This document shows, piece by piece, positions 1 to 9,225 of a stretch of DNA of 29,301 nt. Made by a program: the position numbers and the translations under genes. Positions within the stretch are counted from its first letter, which is position 1, and each line of letters opens with the position of its first letter. The notes under the pieces are model-generated. The model ran no database searches. It saw only the letters and a list, made by a program, of their open reading frames with translations, and was not told where the DNA came from. The DNA is from Ginkgo biloba. Its lineage: Eukaryota > Plantae > Ginkgophyta. The stretch covers positions 143,324,748 through 143,354,048 of the forward strand of contig JANKJI020000004.1 in assembly GCA_024626585.2 (NCBI GenBank), read 5' to 3'.

Positions 1-700
1 GTATTATAAATGAGGCCTATCACCTTATTTAATGCAGAATAGAAAATTCTTGCTAAAGCTTTAGCTAAAAGAGTGGCACTAATATTAAATGATGTGGTCT
101 TAAGGAGGAGACTAGTTTTATAAAGGATTGGTATATTATGGAAAACCTCTTAAATTCCTGGGAAAGAATGGATTAGGATTAGAGATCCAATAAAAAAGTG
201 TTAATGGTGATGTTGGACTTTGAAAAGGATTATAATAAAATAGAATGGGACATTATGGACTATATATTGAGATTGATGGGATTTGGAGAAAGGTTTTGCA
301 AGTTTGTTCAAGTCCTTTTAAAGGGAGCCTCTACAAAACCATGCATTAATGGATATATATCATAAGGTATAGAGTTGTAGCGATCTATTAAACAAGGATG
401 CCCTATAACTCCCTCCTTGTTTTTTCTTATTGTTCATGCAATTAGTTATCTCCTACAAGATTATATGATTCTGCCAATACATGGAATTGCCCAACCTAAT
501 GGTAGAGATCTTCTTAATAACTTTATAGATGACTCTACTTTGTATTAAAGGATGACATTCAAAATGTTTATGGTGCTTTAAGATAATTAGTGTTTTTTTT
601 GTCTAGCTTCAGGAGCCAAGATTAACATCAAAAAGAAAATGGCCTTGTCATCTTAGAGATAAAAAGTTTAGGAATGGTCTTCTGAGTTTAATTGGAAGTG
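1..700 (+). mobile_element. Decayed L1-clade LINE ORF2 reverse transcriptase (pseudogenised; runs off the window start)
   Basis: Manual translation from nt 13 across stops and frameshifts gives RPITLFNAE*KILAKALAKR...LDFEKDYNKIEW...LMGFG...INGYIS...RSIKQGCPITPSLF...FIDDSTL...LASGAKIN. These are the ordered L1 RT motifs (RPIsLlN, DFEKAYD, QGcPLSP, F/YADD, SGakIN). Confidence 0.92.
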
Positions 701-2016
701 GTTAGTGGGTGATTGAGAATATTAAAAAGATAAATAAATGAAATAATATATTATTATAAATAGTTGGTAGATTTGAGTTAAGTGATAGGAAGGGATACTA
801 GTGTGCATTTATGGGATTAGTCATAGTAGAGAGGGTTGACTTCCTACACAAGCCTAAATATTATAATCTTAAACATGCCTTTATAGAGCATAATTATATA
901 ATGATGGTTGACTTTATATAAAGTATCGATAAGGATGGTTATAAGGAATGGTAATGGAAATATATGTCTCAATGGGCATTCCTATGAAAGACTCTAAAAA
1001 TTATCTATAATAAAATTCTTTGTGAATTATAAGAAGTGTATATATCAATGCCAAGAGCATAAGACATGGTTGTATAAATTTTTTTCCATAATATGGGGAA
1101 TTACAAGGTTTAGTGGGGAGTTAAATTATATCAACATGATTTGGTGGAAGCTAACATAACTAACAAGGTATGTAAATGTATCTAGTTACCTCTAATGAAT
1201 CCTAGTGTAGATTATTTTCTCTAGTTACTTCTATACAACAAATTATTGACTTTGAGCACTTTATGAGGAAAGGTTTGTTTGGNNNNNNNNNNNNNNNNNN
1301 NNNNNNNNNNNNNNNNNNNNNNNNNNNNNNNNNNNNNNNNNNNNNNNNNNNNNNNNNNNNNNNNNNNNNNNNNNNNNNNNNNATGATCAACACCGACCAT
1401 CTGCATGCACTCATTTCCACCTCTTTGCAGTGATTTTTTTGGCTTTGAGGTGGTATATCTTATCTCTTTTCCTACCTCATCCATTATTTTTCTTTTTTGT
1501 ATGATGTGTAGTTTATAAACAATTTTTTATGGATATATTATACTACATTTCCTATCATCGTGGCATAAAGCAAGAAGATCGTGTTCATTTAGGTGCTTGA
1601 TCTGGCAAGTGGTTTATAATCTTCCACCAACTTGCCATATTGCTAAACTTCCATTGTTACAACTTAATTGAAATAAATAGACCCAAGTCGCTCTAAAATA
1701 CTACAATTACAAACATAACACTATTAGGATGATGTACACTGCCACATAGAATGGATTCATCACACATGGATGCTATATCTCTTCGTCTCAAATATATGAA
1801 CAAGTGGTTAATATTTATTACATGCATTCTACTACAGATGAATATTTTATTCAAACATTACGTTAGAATTAGTGAAGAAGAGTTATATTTATTATTTATT
1901 AGTTTTATTAATTATCTACCACTAGTTCCATTCATTATCCACTAGCTCTTAGTTTTCTTAAAACAAAGTTATCTTTAGTTATTAACAATTTTTATATATT
2001 GCTTCTATTAATTTAT

Positions 2017-2279
2017 GACCAGCGTTAACGGGTGTGTGCATTCACTCATAGAGTGCTTAGTACCGTCAGCGTTCTCCACTTTTTTGGTAAAGACTTGTGT
2101 TAAAATTCAATAGTGTGATTCGACCCCGTCACCTCCTTCATGCTCGCCTTATGTTGTATGGATTCTACCATCTCCTTTGCATCCACAGTGGTTACCACAT
2201 ATGAATTTGAAATCCATTGTCAATATTACTGTTGAATAGAACAACGCGGCACTCAACACACACATCCGTTAAGTCTGGC
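2017..2279. mobile_element. Mutator-like MITE (about 263 bp, non-autonomous)
   Basis: Imperfect terminal inverted repeats: left GACCAGCGTTAACGGGTGTGTG versus reverse complement of the right end GCCAGACTTAACGGATGTGTG. Termini are G...C. An exact 10-bp AT-rich direct repeat ATTAATTTAT flanks it (2007-2016, 2280-2289), consistent with a MULE-type TSD. An alternative reading is an 8-bp TSD TTAATTTA with TG...CA ends. Confidence 0.7.
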
Positions 2280-2662
2280 ATTAATTTATCAATCTCCCAT
2301 AAGTTCCATTAATTATCGTTCAATATAATATTTAATTATAATTGTAACTTAATTGCAGGTTCAATATTCTCCACTTTTGTGGTAAAAACGTGTGTTAAAA
2401 TTCAATATTGTGATTCACCCTCACCACTTCCTCCTTGCTCACCTTACGTTGTATGGATTCTACCATCTCCTCTACGTCCACAATTGTTACCACATATGGA
2501 TTTGAAATCCGTTGTCACTATTACTGTCAAATAGAATGGTGGGATGCTCAACACACACACCCGTTAAGTCTAACATTAATTTATTAATTGTATTAATTAT
2601 CTCCCATAAGTTCCATTAATTATTGTTCAATATAATATTTAATTCTAATTGTAACTTAATTG
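2072..2662 (+). repeat. Diverged tandem duplication of about 285-295 bp (copy 1 2072-2355, copy 2 2367-2662)
   Basis: The copies align colinearly from TTCTCCACTTTT(T/G)TGGTAAA to ATTGTAACTTAATTG. The unit covers the right part of the MITE, its right TSD and about 65 bp of flank. Many differences are C/T or G/A transitions. Confidence 0.93.
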
Positions 2663-2719
2663 GTGGACAAAACTTTATTTTGTAAGGAATAAATGCTTGT
2701 AAATATTCCNNNNNNNNNN

Positions 2720-3014
2720 AAATGTTGTCGGCGCAATTAGCGTATGCACTAGTAAGGCGCACTAGGGTTCAAATGCGGCGTAAGGGTTTACAAGATTTTC
2801 TGTTGATTGAAGCCAGGATTTCAAACGAGGGTTCCAAAACCGCCTCGTCAAATGGAGGGTTTGAAGTTAGGGTTTGAATACAGGCCAGTGTAATATATGG
2901 TTTTATTGATAGCCATGTATGTACACTCATGGGATCTCTAGGGAAGAAGGATTTACAATTAACTTTCTAATATTGTGGTTTTTGTGTAGACTCTGCAACA
3001 TGTGCTCATGGGCC
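2720..3014 (+). promoter_or_regulatory. CpG-rich promoter/5' region with a telo-box cluster and a Site II element
   Basis: Perfect telo-box TAGGGTTT at 2868-2875, with same-orientation variants TAGGGTTC 2763, AAGGGTTT 2782, GAGGGTTC 2827 and GAGGGTTT 2855. Site II TGGGCC is at 3009-3014. CpG density is high relative to the depleted flanks. Telo-box plus Site II is the known signature of plant ribosome-biogenesis, ribosomal-protein and snoRNA genes. Confidence 0.68.
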
Positions 3015-3241
3015 GCTGCTGCGTATTTCCTTAACAGGTTCACTCTGTGTTTACATCGTTTAAGGATGGTACTCTGACCCTGAAATGTTTTATTTGTATT
3101 TATTAGAAATTGTTTGTCTTGAAATGAGCACAGTATGTGCCTGGTTATTCGTGTTTATGTCAATTTGTATATAGTCCTGCAGTTTGGCTTTTGTGAATCA
3201 AGTGTGTGTACTTTAGCTGATCTTTTTTTCTTGTGTTTTTC

Positions 3242-3392
3242 TGCCTGATATTGCAATTTCTTTTTTTCTGCTTTTATCAGAACGAGGAATCTATCGTTAG
3301 GCCAGAGTAATATTTCCCTTTAGGGTTCTACCTCTAGTTCTAATCATCCTCTTTAGCACATAGGATGCATCGGTGACAAGGTAGTGACATTC
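3242..3392 (+). ncRNA. Box H/ACA snoRNA, paralog 1 (predicted guide for an 18S rRNA pseudouridine)
   Basis: Hairpin 1 has lower stem GCCTGAT(3243-49)/GTTAGGC(3296-3302), pocket ATTGCAAT(3250-57) + TCTATC(3290-95) and an upper stem TTCTG/CAGAA. H box AGAGTA(3304-09) follows at the canonical 14-nt spacing. Hairpin 2 has CTACCT/AGGTAG and CATCCT/AGGATG, then ACA(3387-89) plus 3 nt. The pocket is complementary to plant 18S GAUAGA-UC-AUUGCAAU. Confidence 0.85.
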
Positions 3393-3556
3393 CTAAACAT
3401 CTCTAGGCTTCCGCATTTTCCCAATGTTCGACATATAAAGTGTACGTATATGTTCATGTCTTATAAATATGGCAAAATATATTAAAATTGGTGATTAGTG
3501 CAGGTGTATTAAAACTGTGAATGTGGCTCCTCGGTGCCTANNNNNNNNNNNNNNGG

Positions 3557-3699
3557 TGCCTAATATTGCAATTTCTTGTTTCTGTTTTTATCAGAACAGG
3601 GAATCTATCGTTAGGCTACAATGTTTCCTTAGGGTTCTACCTCTAGTTCTGATCATCCTCTGATATATAGGATGTATTGGTGACAAGGTAGGGACATTT
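3557..3699 (+). ncRNA. Box H/ACA snoRNA, paralog 2
   Basis: Same architecture as paralog 1: GCCTAAT(3558-64)/GTTAGGC(3610-16), identical pockets ATTGCAAT(3565-72) and TCTATC(3604-09), H-box variant ACAATG(3618-23), hairpin 2 and ACA(3694-96). Differences from paralog 1 fall mostly in loops and the hinge, or keep pairing (G-U to A-U). Similarity ends at the predicted RNA ends. Confidence 0.82.
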
Positions 3700-5761
3700 A
3701 TATTACTGCAAATTTGTGCAATGCGTTTACTACATAGGGTTACTGTAAGGTTGTTGGTTTATTATAAAGAAATAGTATATTTTGAAGTGTAAACGNNNNN
3801 NNNNNNNNACTTTGAATGTCGTGTGAAAACCGTACATCGTATAATTAATATGGAACCTGGTTCGCTGTATTCTGATAGTGAATCTCCTTATAGCTTTGTT
3901 GGGGACACATTGCGACTTTATCCCTATTTGCACTCTAAGTTTGCGAGCAGAGTCATTTCTTTTTATAAAATGTATACTTTTTCGCCCCAGGGGATTTAAT
4001 ATAGTCTACCCACAAGAGTTCCGGGGATTTTTGTATCGGAATACTGAACGTTTTGGACTGCCTTTTTTTTCCATCTTTTGCTTGCTTCCTTTCACGGGAT
4101 TCTCAAATATGTAAAATCTGCTGCAATTTCAAGCAAGAGCAAGTAATAACAATTGGAATGAGATGAAATCAATGTATGGTTATTGGAAGACGAGTCTCTA
4201 AATACTGATCCAAGACTGACTGCATAGAGAGGTATTCTTCTCACTGCTTTGTATGCTCACATTCGTTCCAAAGTATCTAGTCTTTAAAATCCTAACAGAT
4301 GCTTCGACTGTAAGTTCCATATAGGCAATGCAACGTATACATTCGATCACTCTTGCCTGCATCAAGGGTGGGGACTAGGTACTCTAATGGGCGCCAGTGC
4401 CTCTGAAGTTTTTGGAAGTGGGGCAATCCTTTAGATGCGTACCAAGTTGCTGAGCATTATTGATTCTGATGCAAGTGAAAGGTCCAGTTGTGGTCTTTTT
4501 TCATGGACTATTAGCTTGATGTTCCAGGTCCTTGCATTGAAATATAATTTAGTTGTATGGTTGATATTCTTTGCTTGATAATGAACATGCCGATATGAAA
4601 AGCTTGTAATCCACAAACGTGAACAGGGCTCATTGTTAATGACCGTTATTGTGCATTATTTCACACTAATATGAGCACTTAATGCATAAATCCCAGGCCA
4701 ATCTATGTGCTAGAATAATGAATTTGGTCACCTTACATGGTATTAGAGATGATTAGTCTAATAATTCGTTTCATTGTGACGGTGATTACTCAAATGCTGC
4801 ATGTAGATAAACAGTATTGCTCTATTTTGTGTTGCATCCACAGAAGTGGATACAAGTTCTGCAAGTGTACATTCAGTGCACTTCAATAATGGTGATTACT
4901 ATGATTGCTTCTTGAAGTTGATGATTCAATGGTCACTTTTTTGTTTAAAGAGAGCTTGAGGGTTACACTAACCGAAAACCTGAATCTATACAAGGAGATT
5001 CTTTAATCTCGAATTTCATATACAAATAAGAATGAAGGTGAATTAAATATTAATCCATTCTTTCACATGATAAATCCTTGAGATTGATGAGAGCATAAAA
5101 TGAGTTGACTTCTTTGAAGCTACAAGCTTATTTGAATAAGTTTTGGAACATATATCATTTACACATGTTTAGCATTTTCGAGTTGTCTTCTAGCAAGAAA
5201 AGTGCTTAGGAAGGTGTTTCCTTCTTTAGAATTGCTACTCATTCTCTCTAAATTTTCCTCTANNNNNNNNNNNNNNNNNNNNNNNNNNNNNNNNNNNNNN
5301 NNNNNNNNNNNNNNNNNNNNNNNNNNNNNNNNNNNNNNNNNNNNNNNNNNNNNNNNNNNNNNGTAAAATCATAAATAAAAATAATTGGCTGGAAGTAGTA
5401 GGAAAATAGGGTGCCTCCTCCTATGAAATTGGGTTGTAGTAAGGAGTAGAGAGAAAAATGGGGCATCCTCCTTAATGGGATGTTGCACTAAAATAAAAAT
5501 ATGGATGATGCGATGGACTACATGGAAAATGGAGGGAATATTCGCAACAATCCCTATATCTATTGTGGCAACCTATAAGACTGGCGACTGTTGCGACTGA
5601 TAACCCAAGCAGACTGGTAGATGGTGTCAACACCATAGGGATGCTCCTGACTTCAGTGAAGGCAGATATCGAGGCTGGTTACCTAGGTATTTTGATGAAA
5701 TATGAAGGTAGGGATCCAGATTATATTTCACTTTCTTATCTCAAGATGAGACAAAGGTTTA

Positions 5762-6081
5762 GGTGTGGGGGAGTGTTAGATGATATATCATGTAATTAAC
5801 TATTATCACTAATGTATAAAGAGATAGTTAGGAAGTTGGGCTATTGAACAGAATTTTTCCATCTATATATACACATGTACTTGTTGATCTAGGTAGAGGA
5901 GAATAGAGAGGAGATTATTGTAATACCTGGGCAGTTTTGAATCTCATAACTGCCCCTTTCCACTAATGGAATTCATGTCAGTTTCTATGATCTTGTTCCT
6001 ATGATTATCTCTTGAATGATTCCCCTTGTATGGATCTACATGTGTCATGCTTGTGCATCTATTGGCAAACCACAGCCAACA
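5762..6081 (+). mobile_element. Polypurine tract plus putative 3' LTR (about 308 bp) of an LTR retrotransposon (copia-like junction)
   Basis: GTGGGGGAG is immediately followed by TGTTAG at 5774. There is an internal TATATA box near 5863, and the segment ends CCAACA at 6081, giving TGTT...AACA termini. No partner LTR is visible, but an assembly gap lies upstream. Confidence 0.5.
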
Positions 6082-6449
6082 GGGTGCATCCAAAATTTAC
6101 TAGCATTTAATAGGGCCCTTCTGTAAAATACCACTAACTTATACAAAGTTTAAAGCACCAAAATTGTCCATCTTTATTACTGTAACCATCAACTATTTAT
6201 ACATTTATTCAGCTAAGTAGTTTATTAGGTTAACTATCTGCAACTAACTAGAACAGTTACCCATTACATTATAACTATAAGAAATATGTATTATTCATGC
6301 TAGTCACATACCGACTGGTAGGTACATTACATGGAAATAACCATAAAGTTACTAGTCACTAAGTGACTGGTAAGTACATTAGATTTCAGTCACTTATAAA
6401 ACTTGATACACATGAGTAATGAAAAAGAAGAAACTTAGACAGAGAGAAG

Positions 6450-6860
6450 AAATGGCAAGAGGATGGCTTGGAGATGGTTTAGGCATGGAATCATATCTCT
6501 TTAGTTGGCAACCTTGAATGCTCAACAATTTGCAAAAGTCTAGCAAATAACGATTAGTGAGATAATCGCTTATCATTGGCGAAGACTACATTAGAGTTTG
6601 TGATAACTATAAGTATTTGGGTATTAAGGTAGACTATAAGCTCTTGATAGAAAGGATGATCAACAAAAAGAAGGGTTTGTATGGAATGAGATGCTTCCTA
6701 ATGGATAAAAGAATCTCCACATGGTCTAAGGTTTTAGCGTTTAAGGCATTGGCCCACCTACGCTTGACATTTGGTGTGAACATTATAGGTATGCATTACT
6801 AGAGTAAGCAATGGCCTTTGTAGTGGGTAGTAGTGGAGGGCATCAAGTAGATTGTAGGGA
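6450..6860 (+). mobile_element. Decayed non-LTR retrotransposon RT thumb/C-terminal fragment
   Basis: Translation LIIGEDYIRVCDNYKYLGIKVDYKL...FLMDKRISTWSKVLAFKALAHLRLTFGVNIIG shows the YKYLG motif followed by the K..xxKxxxxPxLxYG-type segment typical of RTE/L2/CR1-group LINEs. Confidence 0.65.
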
Positions 6861-7218
6861 AGTTAGTTAGGTCCTCGATGGTGGGAGCGACAATGATCTC
6901 CCATTGTTAAATAAGAGGGGACAAGTAGATTAATAAATCTACTTATAAGGTGCACATTAACGAAGAATAAATATTTAGTTATGTTGTAAATAAATTTTCC
7001 ACAAGCTCACAAACGATCCTTAATTTTTCACATTAGTAGCACATATAGTACATAGATGAAATTGAAGTTGGGTTAGGTGAAATATAGAGGGAAGAATATC
7101 TTACTCCAATGGTTTAGAGGTCCATCATATTAGGAGATTAATTAAATTTTGCACAAGAGCACAAAAATGAAATGATCAAAGTAATAAAAGTGCACAAAGA
7201 TTCTCTTTTTTGCGGGTT

Positions 7219-7234
7219 GTGTGTGTGTGTGTGT
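7219..7234 (+). repeat. (GT)8 microsatellite
   Basis: Direct reading of a GT run. Confidence 0.85.
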
Positions 7235-9225
7235 TGGTTAAGACGATTGTGAGGTTAGGGTTGGTGGACAATAGAATAGGGACTTGTGGGCCCTTTGTAA
7301 CAAAGGTGGTAGTGATTCATTTTTTCATGTTTTGATTTAGTGTTCAAGCTTGGTTTGTGAATGGGGCAGGATTATATGTTTAGGGAATCTTTTATCAAAG
7401 TTTTATCCAATTGATGTGATGCTTGATGATAGGGCCCGACTCATGTTACTCCTTGGTGGGGAGTGTGGTATTGGGCTCCATAATTGGTTGGGGGACCAAT
7501 TACATAGGACGGGAGCCATATGTTGTGTCGATGGCAAATCTCCTCATTGAGGTTATTTTGCTATGCCTTCAAGCCCTTAGGGACTAGGAAGTACATGGGG
7601 ATGGATCTCAATTGAGCCTAGTTGGGGGGCCTTAGAGAATTGACACCACCTTGGAGCTAATGCTTGAGAGGCTAGGGTCGACCTTTTAGCAAGACATGTA
7701 ATGGTTAGTATAATGGAAATTTATCATGGTGAAAGTGTTAGCAACGTATCAACCAACAAGTAGAGAGTAACATTTAGCAACAAAAAGAAAAGGCTTATGG
7801 AGCTAAATGAGGCACTCAAACTATGCTAGTTATTAACTTGTATGGGCACGTCACTTAGAGCCTTTGGAGAATTTGTCAAAGTCATTAGGACTATGAGCTT
7901 TGGTTTATGGTCGGTGCATATAATCATAGCCATCTTAGACTGTTGGAGCCTAATGAGCTTGGGGTGTGTATTTGAGCCNNNNNNNNNNNNNNNNNNNNNN
8001 NNNNNNNNNNNNNNNNNNNNNNNNNNNNNNNNNNNNNNNNNNNNNNNNNNNNNNNNNNNNNNNNNNNNNNNNNNNNNNTAGGTTCTAGGCCAATGCATGT
8101 CCTCCCAGTTGTGCTAGAACATGGGAGCCTAATAAGCTTAGGGCGTGAGTTTAGCCTTGAGTTTGGCTAGCTCAAAATCAAAATAAAAAGATTTGCAAAA
8201 AAAATGCTAAAGTTCTACATAGTGTAAGTAGTAGACGAAGAACAAGAGCAATTTAAAGCACATGAAGAATAAACACAATTATAATAAGAATCGTTAGGAA
8301 AAATGAGAAGATGATATCATCAAGCCACTTATACAACAAAGAAAATTGAGATCTCATTATTACCAATGATCATATCAAACTATTGAGGTTAGACACATTT
8401 AAGGTAAATGGATTTATGTGCAAGTCTAAACTCTTGGTCATAGTAGTTTTAGGGGAGTAGACTTTGAAGATGGAAGTTTGAAAGAAGATACTTGAAGATT
8501 CAGATATAGAAATGATTAATAATATTTAATGTGATGTCATACAATAATTATAGAGAGATTTATAGACCACTTTTTCTAGGGTTACTATGAATATGCACCT
8601 TTTCAATTGTGACCTATCATTTATAACAATTAATTATTCATTAATGTTAAGCATTATCCTAACTATTAACATAACAATTAGGCTTATTAACATTTTATTT
8701 AGGTACGTTACATGCTATTCTTGCTTAAGATTCTTTGTCCTCGAAGCATTGTTGTCAAAATTGAAAAAATTTTGGAAAAATTATTTCAGATTCCTAAGAA
8801 GCATCTTCTAAGGGTAAACCTTGCCATTTAATAAGGAATTCTTGAATTGTGGTGGAGGTTAATCGTTTTTCTTGTATATGTAGGATAGATTTTGGAATCA
8901 ACACTAAGCTTCCTTCGTTGTTGGGCATGGAAATTCTAGTTTTGCACTTGATCTAATATGGGTTATGAAAATGAGGGTTGCATCTTTTGCTATGAGATCT
9001 TTTTTGTGATAATTTCTTATCTAGTTGAAGTTGTGTGACTTGGTATTTATTGAATATTTTTTTGAATTTGTGACGTGCCCGCTCGGTGTCGGAGGTTTTA
9101 AAGAGCAATAAGCTGTAGCGGAAGCNNNNNNNNNNNNNNNNNNNNNNNNNNNNNNNNNNNNNNNNNNNNNNNNNNNNNNNNNNNNNNNNNNNNNNNNNNN
9201 NNNNNNNNNNNNNNNNNNNNNNNNN

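Larger units (their letters stand above)
2750..4900 (+). ncRNA. Putative spliced non-coding snoRNA host transcript (exon structure tentative)
   Basis: Donor GC|GTAAGG at 2780, branch CTAAT at 2967 and T-rich acceptor TGTAG| at 2989 give a plausible first intron holding most telo-boxes. Other donors are CAG|GT 3038, AG|GTATT 4232 and CT|GTAAGT 4310. Other acceptors are CTAACAG| 4298, TTCCAG| 4527 and CCACAG| 4843. No recognisable ORF results, and the H/ACA snoRNAs lie inside. Confidence 0.4.

Noticed and set aside
2760-2880. Telomerase RNA template or telomere remnant suggested by AGGGTTT motifs
   Set aside because: The motifs are dispersed single units, not tandem repeats. I saw no USE/TATA Pol III promoter or extended CTAAACCCT template, so telo-boxes fit better.
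3063-3077. AGGATGGTA-CT-CTGA as a C/D guide for 18S UACCGUCCU
   Set aside because: Only 9 bp with a wobble, a mismatch next to the D box, and no C box upstream.
3001-3135. TGTGCTCAT/ATGAGCACA inverted repeat followed by ACAGTA as an H/ACA 5' hairpin
   Set aside because: The span is too long, there is no clear pocket or target, and no convincing second hairpin with ACA follows.
3242-3699. CRISPR-like or simple tandem repeat interpretation of the duplicated unit
   Set aside because: The context is eukaryotic, there are only two units of about 145 nt, and the conservation pattern follows RNA structure and boxes.
4355-4440. GC-rich multi-stem segment as RNase P/MRP, tRNA or telomerase RNA
   Set aside because: It lacks the conserved P4/CR motifs, A/B boxes and a template. 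It looks more like a MITE-end remnant.
4916-4983. TGATGA...CTGA pair as a C/D snoRNA
   Set aside because: No clear terminal stem, and no rRNA complementarity found before the D box.
5622-5634. TGGTGTCAACACC as a tRNA-Met primer-binding site
   Set aside because: It has four mismatches to TGGTATCAGAGC and is not preceded by a copy of the LTR end.
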